DNA of 32,000 nucleotides from Wolbachia endosymbiont of Dirofilaria (Dirofilaria) immitis (GTDB lineage Bacteria; Pseudomonadota; Alphaproteobacteria; Rickettsiales; Anaplasmataceae): NCBI RefSeq assembly GCF_013365455.1, contig NZ_CP046578.1, positions 1 to 32,000 of the forward strand, read 5' to 3'. Shown piece by piece: positions 29,150 to 32,000 of this stretch (position 1 is its first letter; each line of letters starts with the position of its first letter). The notes under the pieces were generated by a model. It saw only the letters and a program-made list of their open reading frames with translations, ran no database searches and was not told where the DNA came from. The position numbers and the translations under genes were made by a program.

Positions 29150-30289
29150 ATTATTATAGAAGAGATCACAAATATGGATTAGTTAAGGGTTTTTCTTTGT
29201 GATGCTGAGCTTATAAATGAACGTTATAACTTTGATTGTTAAAGCAAACTTGATAAACTCTGTTAGGATAAAGGAGAAGAGCTAAGAAGTATAGCGCATT
29301 GTGTAGTATTATAAGTTGAAGGTAAACTCAAGAGTGAAGTTAAAGAGAGTAGAAATAAACGATGTGTGTTTTTTATGTAAAATATCTAAAAATAGTACTA
29401 TTAAACCTATAAAATTTTGGACAATGAGGAGATTAGGAGTTCAAATATGAGAGTTAGTCTGCTTTTTAAATAGGGAAAGGTGTAGTAAGAATTAAAAATG
29501 AGAAGGAAAAAAGGAATTATATAGGTGTCTTGTGTAAGGTGGTGTTAAGATATTTTTCACTACTAAAATATGGGAAATGATAAAAAAATAAAGGTGAAGA
29601 TTGGTAATAAAACAAAGTAAAGTTTAGTAAGTTAAAAAATAGATCAAGTTTAAATAAAAGCTTTTTTTAAAAGAATAAAGTGTTTCGTAAGTCTGCAGTC
29701 AAAAGCCTTGAGAAAAGTGAGGACAATTTACCTGTAAAGTTTGCAAAAGTATTTGGTGGTCTTATTACTTCTATGAAACATAATTTCTTTAAGCTTATTT
29801 TAAGAGGAAGTGGAATAGTACAAGAAATATAAAATTACATTTGTAGTTAGGCTGGTAGCAAAAAACTCATTTAAGTTTATCCTAATTTCTGAAAGAAACT
29901 CAGGTACCTACATTGATTATTGACTAGAAATATCTATAACTCTACTATGTAGCAACTGGCAAGAGCTACAATAGAAATATTTTTGTTATAAGTCTTAAGG
30001 CAAAGGGTATGTATAGTTATTATTTTGTAACCTGCTAAAAAATATAGAAGTATTGTGGCAAGTATATCTATAAAGAACATCATCTAATTAAGTATTTTTT
30101 TTGGTAACATTCGGATACGTTTTTCCAGGTTTTTTTAGTGTTATTGAGCTCTTGTTTAGCTTCCTAAATTTTATCTATACGGTCTAGATTTTCTACTCTT
30201 TTCTAATCTTGGATTTAGGTCTTTAGTGCTTGTTGTATTATTTTAACCTATTTTGTATCACATAAGCTTTTCTATGTTAATTACAGATG

Positions 30290-30871
30290 TTACCATTTAT
30301 AAAACTTGTATTCCTTATTTTGCAGAAGATTTACAATATTTTTATGGTGCTTTAAAAAAATTAATATTGCTATAGTTAATAGTGCAAAAAATAACTCTCT
30401 TTGGAAAAAGAGAGCTGCTATAACAGCTGTTGTAGTAGAAATTAAAGAAGCAAGAGAAGAATATCGAAAGGTAGAAAATGCTGCTAGCCAAATAAATGTA
30501 AACACTAATGTCACATAGGTATTAAGTGCTATCAGAATTCCTAAAGTTGTTGCAACTCCCTTTCCTCCATTAAATTTTAGCCAAATAGGAAACATATGTC
30601 CTAGAACTACTAATATTGCAGAGATATATGTATCACTATCAGAAAATTGCTGTGTTACGTAAACTGCAATAAATCCTTTTAAGGAATCTAGAAATAATGC
30701 TAGAGCAGCAAGTTTTTTATTTCCTGTTCTTGCAACATTTGTAGCACCAATATTTCCGGAACCTATTTCTCTTAAATTTATTCCTTTTATCCTTGTAATG
30801 ATTGAACTAAATGGTATTGAACCCAATATGTATGATAATATAAGAATTATATACTTTTCAATCACGCTCAC
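30290..30871 (-). CDS. plsY: glycerol-3-phosphate acyltransferase PlsY
   Basis: 193-aa polytopic ORF with the PlsY motifs GSGNIGATNVARTG and FNGGKGVAT. Confidence 0.92.
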   Translation of the reverse strand: MSVIEKYIILILSYILGSIPFSSIITRIKGINLREIGSGNIGATNVARTGNKKLAALALFLDSLKGFIAVYVTQQFSDSDTYISAILVVLGHMFPIWLKFNGGKGVATTLGILIALNTYVTLVFTFIWLAAFSTFRYSSLASLISTTTAVIAALFFQRELFFALLTIAILIFLKHHKNIVNLLQNKEYKFYKW

Positions 30872-30982
30872 ATTTTTGGTACTATCTTGTACATATAGTG
30901 CTAAATCTTAGAAAAACGATAGATTTAAATATCAAGTACTGGAATATTAACTTATGTTATTATATAGCTGTGCACTAAGAAC

Positions 30983-32000
30983 CTAATTAATTTTGTTATC
31001 CCTTAGTCTCTTTAAATAGTGTTGGACTTCATTGTTAATCTGATTACTAAATAGTATAAGTGCTATCATATTAATAAGAGCTAAACAAGAGAATAAAGTT
31101 CCACCAATGTTAGCAATGGTCATTATATCTTTAGAAAGTCCAGAGAAAAATGCTACAATTATTACTGCTATACGGTATATTACTATGCTTTTTGTGCCAA
31201 ACAAATATAGCCATCCCATTTCACAGCAGTATACAAATGAAATTACTGAAGAAAACGCAAATAAAGGTGCGGCTGTAGTTAGAAGTATAGGAAACCAAGA
31301 AGAAACTGTTTCAAATGCTCTTTGAGTAATTAGTATTCCCTCACCAACGCCGGTTTGATATACATCTGTTATTACTATTGTTATTCCTGTTAAACAACAA
31401 ATTAACATTGTATCAAAGCATGGTTCTATCATTGCAACCAGTCCAGTTCTAACTGGTTCCTCATCTTTAGCCACTGCATGTGTAATTGAGGCAGAGCCAA
31501 TACCTGCTTCACTAGCAAAAATTGCCCTTTGGATTCCAGCAACAAATGCTCCTACTACTCCTCCACCAGCGGCGTTGAAGTCTATCATATTGGAAAATAG
31601 GATTTTAAATGCATTGCCAAGATTGCTGATATTAAATGCAATGATTGTAATGCAGCTAAAAATGTATATAAGCGACATGACTGGTACTAGTGCAGAAGAT
31701 ACTATGACTATCCTTCTAATTCCACCAATGATTACTAAAGCAAGCAACACGGAAATTATAAAAGAGAGCAACCATGGATTACTATCTATCCAATTTGAGT
31801 AGCCAGACAGTATTGAGACCATTTGGTTAGTTTGAAATGCTACACTTCCGCCGAGACCAGATAATATGAAGAATAATGCATATACTGCAGCTAGGGCAAT
31901 ACCAAGTTTTTTAAACCCAAATTCTTCTAATCCATTCTTAATATATTGAAAGGGGCCACTAAATAACTGTTCCTGACCTTCTGTCCTGTGTCTGAATGCT
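30983..32000 (-). CDS. sodium:alanine (AGCS family) symporter, 5' end outside the window
   Basis: The reading frame stays open from 31822 up to the window edge (..SGPFQYIKNGLEEFGFKKLGIALAAVY..). AGCS-type blocks are FASEAGIGSASITHA plus multiple TM segments. Confidence 0.85.
   Translation of the reverse strand, partial: AFRHRTEGQEQLFSGPFQYIKNGLEEFGFKKLGIALAAVYALFFILSGLGGSVAFQTNQMVSILSGYSNWIDSNPWLLSFIISVLLALVIIGGIRRIVIVSSALVPVMSLIYIFSCITIIAFNISNLGNAFKILFSNMIDFNAAGGGVVGAFVAGIQRAIFASEAGIGSASITHAVAKDEEPVRTGLVAMIEPCFDTMLICCLTGITIVITDVYQTGVGEGILITQRAFETVSSWFPILLTTAAPLFAFSSVISFVYCCEMGWLYLFGTKSIVIYRIAVIIVAFFSGLSKDIMTIANIGGTLFSCLALINMIALILFSNQINNEVQHYLKRLRDNKIN

Noticed and set aside
29436-29446. ggagttcaaat resembling a tRNA T-arm/T-loop
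   Set aside because: No complementary T-stem 3' half, no acceptor stem and no anticodon arm can be drawn around it. I found no other tRNA-like GTTCGAAT/GTTCAAAT context in the window.
1-32000. Search for CRISPR arrays, IS elements or transposases, prophage genes, rRNA, tmRNA/RNase P/SRP RNA signatures and long tandem repeats
   Set aside because: No repeat-spacer periodicity, no transposase-like ORF or terminal inverted repeats, and no conserved ncRNA core motifs were seen by eye. A covariance-model scan (Infernal/Rfam, tRNAscan-SE) would be needed to exclude small RNAs formally.

Overview
AT-rich chromosomal window whose gene set and layout look like an obligate-intracellular alphaproteobacterium of the Anaplasmataceae, probably Ehrlichia-like. 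That assignment is an inference from gene content and was not checked against any database. I call 23 apparently intact CDSs, about three quarters of the window. Most are housekeeping: hemE, aatA, an MFS permease, glyA, dusB, serS, purD, guaA, a TerC-family protein, mnhE, purN, a pair of M16 peptidases, lspA, ribF, a glutaredoxin, mpg, uvrA, plsY, and a sodium:alanine symporter truncated by the window end. Four things stand out. (1) 8335..9675(-) encodes a membrane-anchored Ulp1/CE-clan cysteine protease with a complete His-Asp-Gln-Cys motif set, a candidate host-directed deubiquitinase or deSUMOylase. (2) The whole ruvA-ruvB operon at 24636..26135(-) has decayed into pseudogenes, although it lies between intact mpg and uvrA. 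(3) There are two long perfect palindromes: a 42-bp one inside the ruvB relic, and a 19-bp-stem hairpin directly in front of mpg. (4) Several 0.7-1.4 kb spacers have no ORFs and a strongly strand-asymmetric composition, while elsewhere convergent genes overlap at their stop codons. Two orphan ORFs flank mpg. I found no rRNA, tRNA, CRISPR array, IS element or prophage.
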